From: Mesobacillus sp.
Lineage (GTDB): Bacteria; Bacillota; Bacilli; Bacillales; Cytobacillaceae
DNA length: 64,000 nucleotides
NCBI RefSeq assembly: GCF_047739415.1
Contig: NZ_JBIQOE010000218.1
Coordinates: 15,254 to 79,253, forward strand
Direction: 5' to 3'
Positions 8,854 through 17,026 of the stretch are shown piece by piece. A program made the translations under genes and the position numbers. The notes below the pieces were generated by a model. The model saw nothing but the letters and a program-made list of their open reading frames with translations, was not told where the DNA came from and searched no databases. Position 1 is the stretch's first letter; the number at the start of each line of letters is the position of its first letter.

Positions 8854-9723
8854 ATGCCATATGGGTTTATACGACACATTGAAAATAAGGGATACAGTGT
8901 TGAAACGGTGCGAAGTTATGAGAAAGTTTTAAATCAGTTTTTCGCTTTTCTCTCAAAAAAGTATAAAAAGCACATAGAGCCATCCGAAATTAACCCCTCC
9001 GATATTAAAGGGTATATGAAAGACCAAAAGGAGCAAGGAAAGAGTAATTCCACTATAAATAAGGAATTAGCAATCTTAAAAACCTTTTTCAATTTTCTCT
9101 GGGAAAGCAGTACGGTCGCCGTAGATCCATCTGTAAAAATCAAAAGGTATAAAGACATAAAAAATCTTACTGTCGGAATATCCTATGAGGAAATTTTAAA
9201 ATTGCGCGACAATGTACTAAACAACGAAACATACTCAAATATTAGGAAAGCAATCTTTATCTTAGCAGCAAGAGGATTAAAAACTTCAGACTTTCGTTTT
9301 AAGAAAGATGACGTTATTGATAATTCTGAAGATGAAACTGTTGAAATAAAGTTAAAAAACCGTAGAATTTTATTACAAGGCCAAGAGGCGGATTGTTTTT
9401 TGGAATACTTTTATGAAACCCTACTTAACGGAAGTGATTATGTATTCCTTACTAAATCCCATGGTGAAGATGTTGGTGAACCTATTCAAGTTATGTCCAT
9501 ACTCACTCATTTAAGGAATATCGCTCAGGATTACTTGCCAGAGGATTCTTCACCACTGACACTTATTTTGATTAGAAGAGCCATTGCATATGATCGGTAT
9601 ACTAACAAGGTCCCTATCCAGAGAATAGCTCAGGAATTAGGAATCGAAGAAGCTTCTGCATCAAACTATATCAAGATACTACTTGAAGGGAATACTCAAA
9701 AAGTTCTTGAAGGAGAAATATAG
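8854..9723 (+). CDS. Tyrosine-recombinase-like protein with divergent catalytic residues
   Basis: 289 aa. RBS AGGAGGGG. SAM-like N-terminal domain (GYSVETVRSYEKVLNQFF...INKELAILKTFFNFL). Arg-I context AARGLKTSDF is present. The HxxR box reads LIRR and the LGH box reads LGI. A candidate Tyr sits in SNYIK. Confidence 0.55.
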   Translation: MPYGFIRHIENKGYSVETVRSYEKVLNQFFAFLSKKYKKHIEPSEINPSDIKGYMKDQKEQGKSNSTINKELAILKTFFNFLWESSTVAVDPSVKIKRYKDIKNLTVGISYEEILKLRDNVLNNETYSNIRKAIFILAARGLKTSDFRFKKDDVIDNSEDETVEIKLKNRRILLQGQEADCFLEYFYETLLNGSDYVFLTKSHGEDVGEPIQVMSILTHLRNIAQDYLPEDSSPLTLILIRRAIAYDRYTNKVPIQRIAQELGIEEASASNYIKILLEGNTQKVLEGEI

Positions 9724-9766
9724 GCTAGTGTATAATTTTATCAATAATGCTTATATCTAATGGGAA

Positions 9767-9818
9767 AAACCCAGGGAGAACTTAACTTTCTATGTTAGGT
9801 TCTTTCTGGGTTTTTGTT
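9767..9818 (+). terminator. Intrinsic terminator after the recombinase-like gene
   Basis: Stem aaacccagggagaac / gttctttctgggttt (includes G-U pairs), followed by tttttgtttt. Confidence 0.6.
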
Positions 9819-9836
9819 TTTGGGGGGAGTACTAAT

Positions 9837-10421
9837 GTGGAAGATAGAAAATTAACTAAAAGTCTTTATAATCTAGCAATCGCAGGACTAATTGGTGAAG
9901 GAGAATTTGATCACCTTGCCAAAGATATACCATTAAAAATACCTTTTTCTAGAAAAAAAGGATTTTACTTAGCGGATTTATTAAAAGATGGGAACCTAAA
10001 CTCTAATTTAAGAATTGATCCCCAAAAAGGACAATTTACTATTCATTCCCATAAAATTTTACAATCCTTAAAAAAGCAATGGTACAAGGATAACACAAAA
10101 ATTTTCAGCAATATACTCGATCCAAAGTTAATTAATCTTGATGCCATTATTATCAGTATTAATTTGTTCGGAAGTCGTAAATTAGAAAGCATTTCTATAC
10201 CAACGAGCATTGATAAAGATTATGTTAAAGCGATTTCTTATTGCATTGAGCAGCATTTAAAAGTTCCTGTTATTCCTGGTGCTAACCAAATTAAAATAAC
10301 AAACATTCCTCAGTTTATTGATTCTGTAATTACCGAGATACCAACTATTCATAGTGCAGAGTTGATCAACTTTTTAACTGTAAAAGAAAAAAAACGCTTA
10401 GTAGAAGGTGTTTCGTTATGA
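9837..10421 (+). CDS. Hypothetical protein with one LAGLIDADG-like motif
   Basis: GTG at 9837 after GGGGGGAG. The ORF-track start at 9792 lies inside the upstream terminator. The motif YNLAIAGLIGEGEF resembles LAGLIDADG; no clear second motif was seen. Confidence 0.4.
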   Translation: MEDRKLTKSLYNLAIAGLIGEGEFDHLAKDIPLKIPFSRKKGFYLADLLKDGNLNSNLRIDPQKGQFTIHSHKILQSLKKQWYKDNTKIFSNILDPKLINLDAIIISINLFGSRKLESISIPTSIDKDYVKAISYCIEQHLKVPVIPGANQIKITNIPQFIDSVITEIPTIHSAELINFLTVKEKKRLVEGVSL

Positions 10422-11110
10422 AGAAAAAATCACGTTTTGTTGTTCCGCTACTAATTGGAGCGCTAATATTAAGCGGGTGTTCCGGAGGGAAGTTTGCTGA
10501 AGAAGCTAAAAAAAATGAAGAAAGAAATGCTGAATTAAAAGACTATCAGAAAAAAAAGGAAGCTGAAGAAGAAAAAGTACAAAAAGAATTTTATGAAAAT
10601 CATAAAAAGCCCTTAAATGAGGTTATCCAAGAAAATGATTTGGATTCTGAACAGATAGTGGACACCATTGAATTTGAACCTCAAGATAGTTACCAGGATG
10701 GAGATCTTTTTTCTAAACACGTTTCTAAAATTTTATTTGAATTCTATACTCTTAAGATCACTGCAGAAGAATATTACAACTTCTTGAGTGCATATGGAAG
10801 TGAAGAAGTTCTAAAGGAGTTACCTACGAAAGAAGATGCCATAACGATTCTCAGCACACTACAAGATATGTATAAAAAACAAAATATTTCAGGAGATAGT
10901 TATACTCTTACTACCGTTACATATGATCGATTGAAAAGAGAAGGAAGGTTCTATAGAAAAGTCTTAACTACGAATGGTGAGGAGTATTTTGTAACGACCA
11001 TAGTAAAAGAAAACGATGTATGGAAATTTAGTGAGGATAGTCCGTCACCACCTTTTATAGACAGCAGCAATGGCAGTCAATTTCAAACGACCGATAAAAA
11101 CGATAATTAA
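10418..11110 (+). CDS. Lipoprotein, unknown function
   Basis: Signal peptide with lipobox LILSGC. The start overlaps the previous stop by 4 nt. Confidence 0.6.
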   Translation: MKKKSRFVVPLLIGALILSGCSGGKFAEEAKKNEERNAELKDYQKKKEAEEEKVQKEFYENHKKPLNEVIQENDLDSEQIVDTIEFEPQDSYQDGDLFSKHVSKILFEFYTLKITAEEYYNFLSAYGSEEVLKELPTKEDAITILSTLQDMYKKQNISGDSYTLTTVTYDRLKREGRFYRKVLTTNGEEYFVTTIVKENDVWKFSEDSPSPPFIDSSNGSQFQTTDKNDN

Positions 11111-11125
11111 AGGAGTTGCATACTG

Positions 11126-11986
11126 ATGGAAACTATTTCAGATGTAAACATTTACGAGTACACAGACCAAAAGCTAAAAGCTCACTTTCAAAATAACGAA
11201 CAGTTTAACTTTGAATTAGCCCAAACTTTCAATTTTTATAAAGAACTTCTCCAGGATCTCATTAATGATTCCGATAGAGAACGGCTGGAAAAAGATCTGT
11301 TTCAAAGCGTAAAGGCTCAAATATTTAACGGATACTATATGGCGCAAGAATTACTTCAAAGTGAAGAAGCTAACTTTAATGATGAATGGTTTAAACAATC
11401 CAAAGGAATGATCGCACAGCAGTTACCGGATATGCTAAGAATGGCTACCAATTATGACATAGACGGAATAATTACTCATGAGCCGCTAAAAGCTCTAGCT
11501 AGTTGGCTTGTAATTGAATACGAAGGGGTTTATCCTCTATTGATGGATATCTCCATAAATACGGCTTGTATGGGGGCAAAATGGGCCTTTATTGATGAAG
11601 GGGAGAAGAGGGGGATACCGACCTATCAATCCCAATATCTTGGCTTATTATCCCACATTGATGATGTATTGTTTATTGACCCTCAAACCTATCTCAGCTG
11701 TGAATACACTAACGATAGCAGTGAAGTTTGGAATGCCATCACATCCAAACATACAGGTCTTGATAAAATCGCTGAAGTAACAATCATTAAAGTTACAAGC
11801 GGCGAAACCACTGAAAATTACTATATGAACCTTAATATCAAGAACAGTCTATCGATTACAGAGCAGCAAATTCTTATTGATAACCTCGCTGTTAGATTGA
11901 TGCTGAACAAAGAGATAGAAAGAAACCAACTGATTCTCGCAGCTGCTTCAGTTGAAGAATTTTATGTGATTAATAATAATCTTTAG
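11126..11986 (+). CDS. Hypothetical protein
   Basis: 286-aa ORF with RBS AAGGAG upstream, co-directional with the two preceding genes. Confidence 0.5.
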   Translation: METISDVNIYEYTDQKLKAHFQNNEQFNFELAQTFNFYKELLQDLINDSDRERLEKDLFQSVKAQIFNGYYMAQELLQSEEANFNDEWFKQSKGMIAQQLPDMLRMATNYDIDGIITHEPLKALASWLVIEYEGVYPLLMDISINTACMGAKWAFIDEGEKRGIPTYQSQYLGLLSHIDDVLFIDPQTYLSCEYTNDSSEVWNAITSKHTGLDKIAEVTIIKVTSGETTENYYMNLNIKNSLSITEQQILIDNLAVRLMLNKEIERNQLILAAASVEEFYVINNNL

Positions 11987-11995
11987 GATAAACAT

Positions 11996-12044
11996 AAAAA
12001 GCCGCTCTCCTAATACTAATACATGTACTAAGAGGGCGGCTTTT
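11996..12044. terminator. Bidirectional terminator between convergent genes
   Basis: Stem gccgctctc (12001-12009) / gagggcggc (12032-12040), flanked by an A-run and a T-run. Confidence 0.6.
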
Positions 12045-12052
12045 ATTCTATT

Positions 12053-12319
12053 CTAGTTACTCAATTCAAAATCATTCATCTCTACTTCGCCTTTTAACCA
12101 TTTAAGGCATAAATCCTCTGTAATGAACTCTTCAACCCAACACTCCCCGGATGAATTGTCAATACCAATGTAATGGCCGTTTTCCTCAACCATGAATAAC
12201 CCTATAGGTTTATAATTATTCATAATATCAGAAGCTTCTCTTTTATCAATCTTTTTTATTTTATTTCTGTTCTCTTTAATATCTGTGGTTTCTGGATTTC
12301 TCTCCGCAATGTTATTCAT
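12053..12319 (-). CDS. Small hypothetical protein, last gene of the E1/E2/JAB array
   Basis: 88 aa. RBS-like AGAGGGA upstream. Lies 38 nt downstream of the E1-like gene on the same strand. Confidence 0.45.
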   Translation of the reverse strand: MNNIAERNPETTDIKENRNKIKKIDKREASDIMNNYKPIGLFMVEENGHYIGIDNSSGECWVEEFITEDLCLKWLKGEVEMNDFELSN

Positions 12320-12357
12320 AATAAGTCCCTCTTTCTCACAAAATTATTATCTCTCTC

Positions 12358-13257
12358 CTAAGATGCAATCGTTAATTTCTCTGATGACTGCACATCAGTC
12401 GAACGCATATAACCTTTCTTCGCATGAAAAAAAGTGATGTGTGAGTTAATATTATAATCCTCAATAAGGATTGTAAGTATGTTTGCAATTGACAAGGCTG
12501 CTAATTTGTTCACTATTAATCTTTGAGGTTCAGAAGCAGTTAGTTCGGTACAAGAAAGCTCACTCGGCCGAATATCGTCTTGGTCCTGAAGAACATCAGG
12601 GAACATTTCAGCCATTGGTGCTTGTTTGAATAAATTCATCCTTACACCAGTGACTACCTGACCGCTCCATCCACTTTCACGGTAATCCCGTAACTCTTCT
12701 TCGGTCCATCTCTCTTTTGGCCTCGTTCTCCAATCATCAGGTACCTTTGTTGACTCATTTCCTGCATCGATATATACTACAGTCTTCATTTTCTTAAACA
12801 GTTCATGAATGACTCGGCGAGTATAGTTATTGTCCACACAGCCCACAATTATCGGCAAAAACAATTTATTACATTGTCGCTCTCCCTCATCATACATGGA
12901 CATGTATTCCATTGAAAAAAGAGCCCGCAAGTCTTTCTCTGATTCGATATAAGAATCGCTAAAAGAGCCAATGTCAATTCCATAAGCAGCCGAATAGCGG
13001 CTTGCCAAAACATCAGCCTTTTTCAAACCTACCTCCTGTGGCAGAAATAACTGATTTCCTAAATTTTTTTCTTCAATAACGTCAGGGTCAGCAATTACAT
13101 ACGCCGCTTTTGTCTTCGTTGTCCCTAATAGTTGAGCGATATGTTGAACAACATAACCACCCGTGCCTCCAGCTCCGACCTGCACAATAAAGGGGAAAAC
13201 ACCTTGATAGTCGTACCAATTATCTTTAGCTGCTTTTAGAATGTTAATTCCGTTCAT
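12358..13257 (-). CDS. ThiF/MoeB/E1-like adenylyltransferase (ubiquitin-activating-enzyme-like)
   Basis: 299 aa. Rossmann motif VQVGAGGTGGYVV, ThiF-type box DPDVIEEKNLGNQLF and the downstream VGCVDNNYTRRVI. Candidate catalytic Cys in LSCTELT. The start overlaps the JAB gene stop (ATGA). Confidence 0.75.
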   Translation of the reverse strand: MNGINILKAAKDNWYDYQGVFPFIVQVGAGGTGGYVVQHIAQLLGTTKTKAAYVIADPDVIEEKNLGNQLFLPQEVGLKKADVLASRYSAAYGIDIGSFSDSYIESEKDLRALFSMEYMSMYDEGERQCNKLFLPIIVGCVDNNYTRRVIHELFKKMKTVVYIDAGNESTKVPDDWRTRPKERWTEEELRDYRESGWSGQVVTGVRMNLFKQAPMAEMFPDVLQDQDDIRPSELSCTELTASEPQRLIVNKLAALSIANILTILIEDYNINSHITFFHAKKGYMRSTDVQSSEKLTIAS

Positions 13258-14195
13258 GCTACCACAACCTCAACTTTTGACATATCAAAGGCTGGAAGCG
13301 ATTTAAACGGATCCTCAAACACCAGATGAAAAGGCACTGGTTTATGGCCTTCATCCTCAGAAATAAAGCAACGAATTGTTATATCCGGCAATGGCTTTTG
13401 CAAACCTCCTACGATAGCATAAATCATCCCAGGAAGCCGTTCTGATTCGTTATCTTGAGTAGAGGGGAGGGGAGCCATACAATGGTGAGAATGAATCTCT
13501 AAAACCTTTATGGCATCTTCAACTCTCTCTGCAATATCGTATGAAGATTCGCTAACTTCACACCAATATTTATGAACCCGCTGTGCCGGAACATCTAAAA
13601 AGAAATGCCCTGTTGCACTTTTGTAAATGTCAGCATGGATTTCTAGAGATTGTTCAGCGTACAAACGGGCCAAGCTTATAAATTGGCTTAATACATTGAA
13701 CGGAACGGGAAAAGAAACGCCTTCTTGCGAAGACGTTTCTCTACAATTCCCTTTCTTTTTTGCTTTCATGACTGGAATGACAATATTCTTGTCCTTCAAA
13801 TAAACCATCTCCGTCATGTCCTTTACAAGTTCAGGAAAATCCTTTTCCATTCTTTTGCGAAGTAATTCTCCATCCAATGGACGTCTTTCTGTTTCTCCGT
13901 CTTTCTTTTTGACTAGCAAGCCTTCAGCTAATTCCTCTGAAGTAAAATAGGAAATGATTTCGATGGATTCACCAAAGTAACGAATCACTGTATCCTGGTT
14001 TACTTCAAAAAGATCTTTTTCCGTCCCCTTATTTTCGGCGCTAGTAGCAGCCTTCTTATTTTCCACCTGTTTACGCAATTCTTCGGCTTTTCGAGCCCTT
14101 TCTTCTTCCTCCTGCTTTTTTTGCTCAGCGTATTCATCAACAATCCCAAACATTGAAAAAATATCTTCCTGCCCTGCGATTACATTCTTAGTCAT
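13254..14195 (-). CDS. JAB/MPN+ (JAMM) metalloprotease with N-terminal coiled-coil and a Ubl-like segment
   Basis: 313 aa. Exact JAMM motif H235-S-H237-x7-S245-x2-D248 (EIHSHHCMAPLPSTQD). Candidate upstream Glu at WCEVSES. Residues about 62-149 (VIRYFGESIEI...DFPELVKDMTEMVYLKDKNIVIPVMKAKKKG) look like a beta-grasp ending in Gly. Confidence 0.75.
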   Translation of the reverse strand: MTKNVIAGQEDIFSMFGIVDEYAEQKKQEEEERARKAEELRKQVENKKAATSAENKGTEKDLFEVNQDTVIRYFGESIEIISYFTSEELAEGLLVKKKDGETERRPLDGELLRKRMEKDFPELVKDMTEMVYLKDKNIVIPVMKAKKKGNCRETSSQEGVSFPVPFNVLSQFISLARLYAEQSLEIHADIYKSATGHFFLDVPAQRVHKYWCEVSESSYDIAERVEDAIKVLEIHSHHCMAPLPSTQDNESERLPGMIYAIVGGLQKPLPDITIRCFISEDEGHKPVPFHLVFEDPFKSLPAFDMSKVEVVVA

Positions 14196-14212
14196 TAAAA
14201 TCCACTCCTAAT

Positions 14213-14932
14213 CTAATTATTTTTTTTGAATAGATCTCCAAACTTATTGTTACTTGGCATAAGCCAGTCATCATCAAAAGGTTGTTCTTTAATTCGCTCG
14301 ATTAAAGCTCGGAATCTGGATATCCCCAAGGTTGTACGCACACCGTGATCTTCGTTAAACGGAGAGGCAACAAACCACCTAAAGGCACGCTCTAGTTCAA
14401 CGATATCCTTAATTTCTAACCTTTGATTCAACCCCCAGCATACGATCCCATTGCTCTTACCGACATTAGGATATGGGAATACAAACAAAGGGGTATCATC
14501 AGTAACTGGACACCCGTTGTCCTGAACTGCATAGATTCTCATTTCAGATATCTTTAATCCCCTATTTCCAAATGGTACAAGAAGATATTGTAAAACCATT
14601 CGAGGAAACCCAATGGTAAAAAAATTTTCTTCTTCTCCATATCGGATTTCCCACATCTTCTTTTCTAATAGCATTGTAACGCGCTGCTTACTACCAGATT
14701 CATTTGAAGAGTAGCGAATGCATCTTGCAGGAAGGGTAGGAGTGCTCTTTTCTTCGTTGCGTTTTGCATCTGCATCGTAAGCATTTTCTGGAGCCTGCTG
14801 TAACGCTTGGATAATATCTTCAACCCGATAATAAAATGGACCTTTCCGCACACCATTGTCACCAATTTGAAAAGCTTCTATTGGGAATTCAGACGATTTT
14901 GGAACATCTGACAGTTCAAATTGCCACCGCAT
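14213..14932 (-). CDS. Prokaryotic E2/UBC-like protein
   Basis: Start taken at the ATG at 14932, which follows AAGGAG at 9-nt spacing; the ORF track begins 20 codons earlier. The E2-like active-site context is FPYPNVGKSNGIVCWG (HPN-like YPN, then Gly-x-x-Cys). Confidence 0.6.
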   Translation of the reverse strand: MRWQFELSDVPKSSEFPIEAFQIGDNGVRKGPFYYRVEDIIQALQQAPENAYDADAKRNEEKSTPTLPARCIRYSSNESGSKQRVTMLLEKKMWEIRYGEEENFFTIGFPRMVLQYLLVPFGNRGLKISEMRIYAVQDNGCPVTDDTPLFVFPYPNVGKSNGIVCWGLNQRLEIKDIVELERAFRWFVASPFNEDHGVRTTLGISRFRALIERIKEQPFDDDWLMPSNNKFGDLFKKNN

Positions 14933-15437
14933 TTGATTCTTGCTCCTTTCTAGTCGGTAATATGTCCAGAAGGACATACAGAACATCAACAAGGTCTATA
15001 GGTCCGTCATCTTCATACCATGTCAAAATTACTCCATTTTCAATTGAAGTAATCTCACCATAGCCACAATAAAAATCCGCGCCTCCACCGATGGTTCCTG
15101 AGCGAATTTTTGTATGGTCAATACGATCATCCAGGATAACAATAATTCCCGTGCCTTCCAGGTCATCATGATGGTGAGAAAGGCCGGCACGTTCGCACCA
15201 ATATGTTTTATCAGGAATCTCTTCTTCACCGCTATGAGGAAACCAATAATCTACGATAGTAAAGACGGAATTCACTGTATGCATGAAAATGTCCCAGTCA
15301 TATTCCTGTCCAAAATCATAATTAACCACATAGTGGGGGAACTTTTTTAAATCCACACCATAGTCAAATGCTAGTTTCATTAGCATAAGATTTTGAACTG
15401 TCCCCTTAAGACTATAGTAATCATCATGTGACTCCAT
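14916..15437 (-). CDS. Acidic hypothetical protein (173 aa) in the Ubl-system array
   Basis: RBS GGAGGGA. Lies 10 nt after the upstream gene and overlaps the E2-like start by 17 nt. No family recognised. Confidence 0.5.
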   Translation of the reverse strand: MESHDDYYSLKGTVQNLMLMKLAFDYGVDLKKFPHYVVNYDFGQEYDWDIFMHTVNSVFTIVDYWFPHSGEEEIPDKTYWCERAGLSHHHDDLEGTGIIVILDDRIDHTKIRSGTIGGGADFYCGYGEITSIENGVILTWYEDDGPIDLVDVLYVLLDILPTRKEQESNAVAI

Positions 15438-15447
15438 AATTTCCCTC

Positions 15448-15786
15448 CTACAGAAATAAGAAAGGGGAAGGTGGCCTCTGTTTCGGCAACTTCCCCAGAC
15501 TGTATATTTTATTAGATAGAGCCATTATCCGCGTATATGGATGATTAGGATCAATGCAAATACGTCCCTCTGTGTCTTCATCAGAAAGAACAGAATCTAA
15601 TCCTTCATACACTTCGATTAGATCCTCGAATTCAAACTTTGAGAAGTTTATATCCTCCGTACATAACTGGTTCTGAATCACCATAAGCACATAGTTTTGT
15701 CCGATTTGCTCTTCAACACTTCCTTGTCCCTTATCGTTAATAAGTTCGGAGAAGGTGGAGAAACTAAATCCATTTCTCATTGTCAT
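15448..15786 (-). CDS. Hypothetical protein (112 aa) in the Ubl-system array
   Basis: RBS GGAGG. Lies 35 nt downstream of dnaN. No family recognised. Confidence 0.5.
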   Translation of the reverse strand: MTMRNGFSFSTFSELINDKGQGSVEEQIGQNYVLMVIQNQLCTEDINFSKFEFEDLIEVYEGLDSVLSDEDTEGRICIDPNHPYTRIMALSNKIYSLGKLPKQRPPSPFLFL

Positions 15787-15821
15787 ACCTCCTTAAAAAC
15801 AGGAAGGAATCCTCCCTGTCT

Positions 15822-16949
15822 TTATGTTGTTCTTACCGGCAACACAAGCTGAAGCTCTTCGTAGGTTGATGAACATGGAGTAACCAGAAAAGGCCTCATG
15901 TTACCCTGGTATTTAAAGTTGATATATTCATCATCTATCGCTTTTAGAGCGTCAATCATGTATTTGGAAGAGAAAGAAATGGTAAAATCGTCTTCACCGC
16001 TCAATTCCTCGTAATCAACCACTTCTACACCTTTACCAATTTGCGATTGGTGAGTGGAGATTGTGGCTGCTCCATTAACGTGAAGTTTTACCACTCCGCC
16101 TTTTCCATTGTCTGCTCCATTGGCCAATCCGCTTATACGATCAAGACTCTCCAAAAATTCTTTGCGACTTATTTTCATTTCCGCTCTGAACTCTGTAGGG
16201 ATAAGACGTGAAGTATCAGGATAATTGCCTTCTAACAAGCGGCTATAAAAGAATAACGCTCCATTTTTAAACACCACTTGATTATCAGATTCACAATATA
16301 GGCTAACATCCTCTTGTAAATCGAAGGTTTTGGCCAGTTTATCTAATGACTTTGCTGGAATAACCAATCTTAAGTCTTTCTTTCCTTCCACCTTTGACTT
16401 AACTTGGCCCAAACGGTGAGAATCCGTACAGACCAGCTGCATACAATCTTCCGTGATAGATAGATTGACGCCTGTTAGGATAGGCCGAATTTCCGAATCT
16501 GATGCAGCGAAAGATGTTTTCTTTACAAAAGAATTGAAATCTGTACCTTTCAATGTGAAGGTAGGTTTTTCAATATCAAAAGTAGGTAGTTTCGGATATT
16601 CTTCCGGATCAAAAGTGTTAAGATTGAATTCTGATTTTTTACCATATTTAATGGTCAAATTAAAGTCGATTAGTTTTAATTCCAAATTCTTCTTCAGCTT
16701 TTTCGAGATATCCGATACTTGCTTCGGTAGAACAGTCTTGCCTGGAACAAACACATCGACATTTTCACCATCAACCGGAATATGATAACGGAAAGATTCC
16801 GTGCTGTCAGAACCAACCAAGATGATCTCTTGTTCATTAACTTCCATAAAGACGCCTTGAAGAATGGGAATACTGTGCTTAGCATTTACCACTTTCTCCA
16901 CCTTTTTTAGTGCTTCAGCAAAAAGTTGACTATCGATTTTAAAATGCAT
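15822..16949 (-). CDS. dnaN: DNA polymerase III beta sliding clamp, extra-chromosomal copy
   Basis: 375 aa. DnaN-like N-terminus MHFKIDSQLFAEALKKVEKVV...IPILQGVFMEV. Typical length and three-domain layout, with C-terminus MRPFLVTP...LVLPVR. Confidence 0.85.
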   Translation of the reverse strand: MHFKIDSQLFAEALKKVEKVVNAKHSIPILQGVFMEVNEQEIILVGSDSTESFRYHIPVDGENVDVFVPGKTVLPKQVSDISKKLKKNLELKLIDFNLTIKYGKKSEFNLNTFDPEEYPKLPTFDIEKPTFTLKGTDFNSFVKKTSFAASDSEIRPILTGVNLSITEDCMQLVCTDSHRLGQVKSKVEGKKDLRLVIPAKSLDKLAKTFDLQEDVSLYCESDNQVVFKNGALFFYSRLLEGNYPDTSRLIPTEFRAEMKISRKEFLESLDRISGLANGADNGKGGVVKLHVNGAATISTHQSQIGKGVEVVDYEELSGEDDFTISFSSKYMIDALKAIDDEYINFKYQGNMRPFLVTPCSSTYEELQLVLPVRTT

Positions 16950-16980
16950 AATAACTGCCCCCTAGAAAGTTTTTTAATAA

Positions 16981-17014
16981 AAAAGTACAAAAGGATTATC
17001 CTTTTGTACTTTTG
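16981..17014 (-). terminator. Hairpin between the Rad52-like gene and dnaN
   Basis: Stem aaaagtacaaaagga (16981-16995) / tccttttgtactttt (17000-17014), about 15 bp, with U-rich sequence after it on the minus strand. Confidence 0.55.
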
Positions 17015-17026
17015 CCCCGCTTAATA

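Noticed and set aside
8662-8877. 71-aa minus-strand ORF
   Set aside because: It overlaps the terminator of the small peptide gene and the RBS/start of the recombinase-like gene. It has no RBS of its own.
14665-15350. Several 66-78-aa ORFs nested in or antisense to the E2-like and 173-aa genes (14665-14865, 14836-15063, 15029-15229, 15114-15350)
   Set aside because: All are embedded in longer ORFs that have RBSs and operon-consistent spacing. None has its own translation signals.
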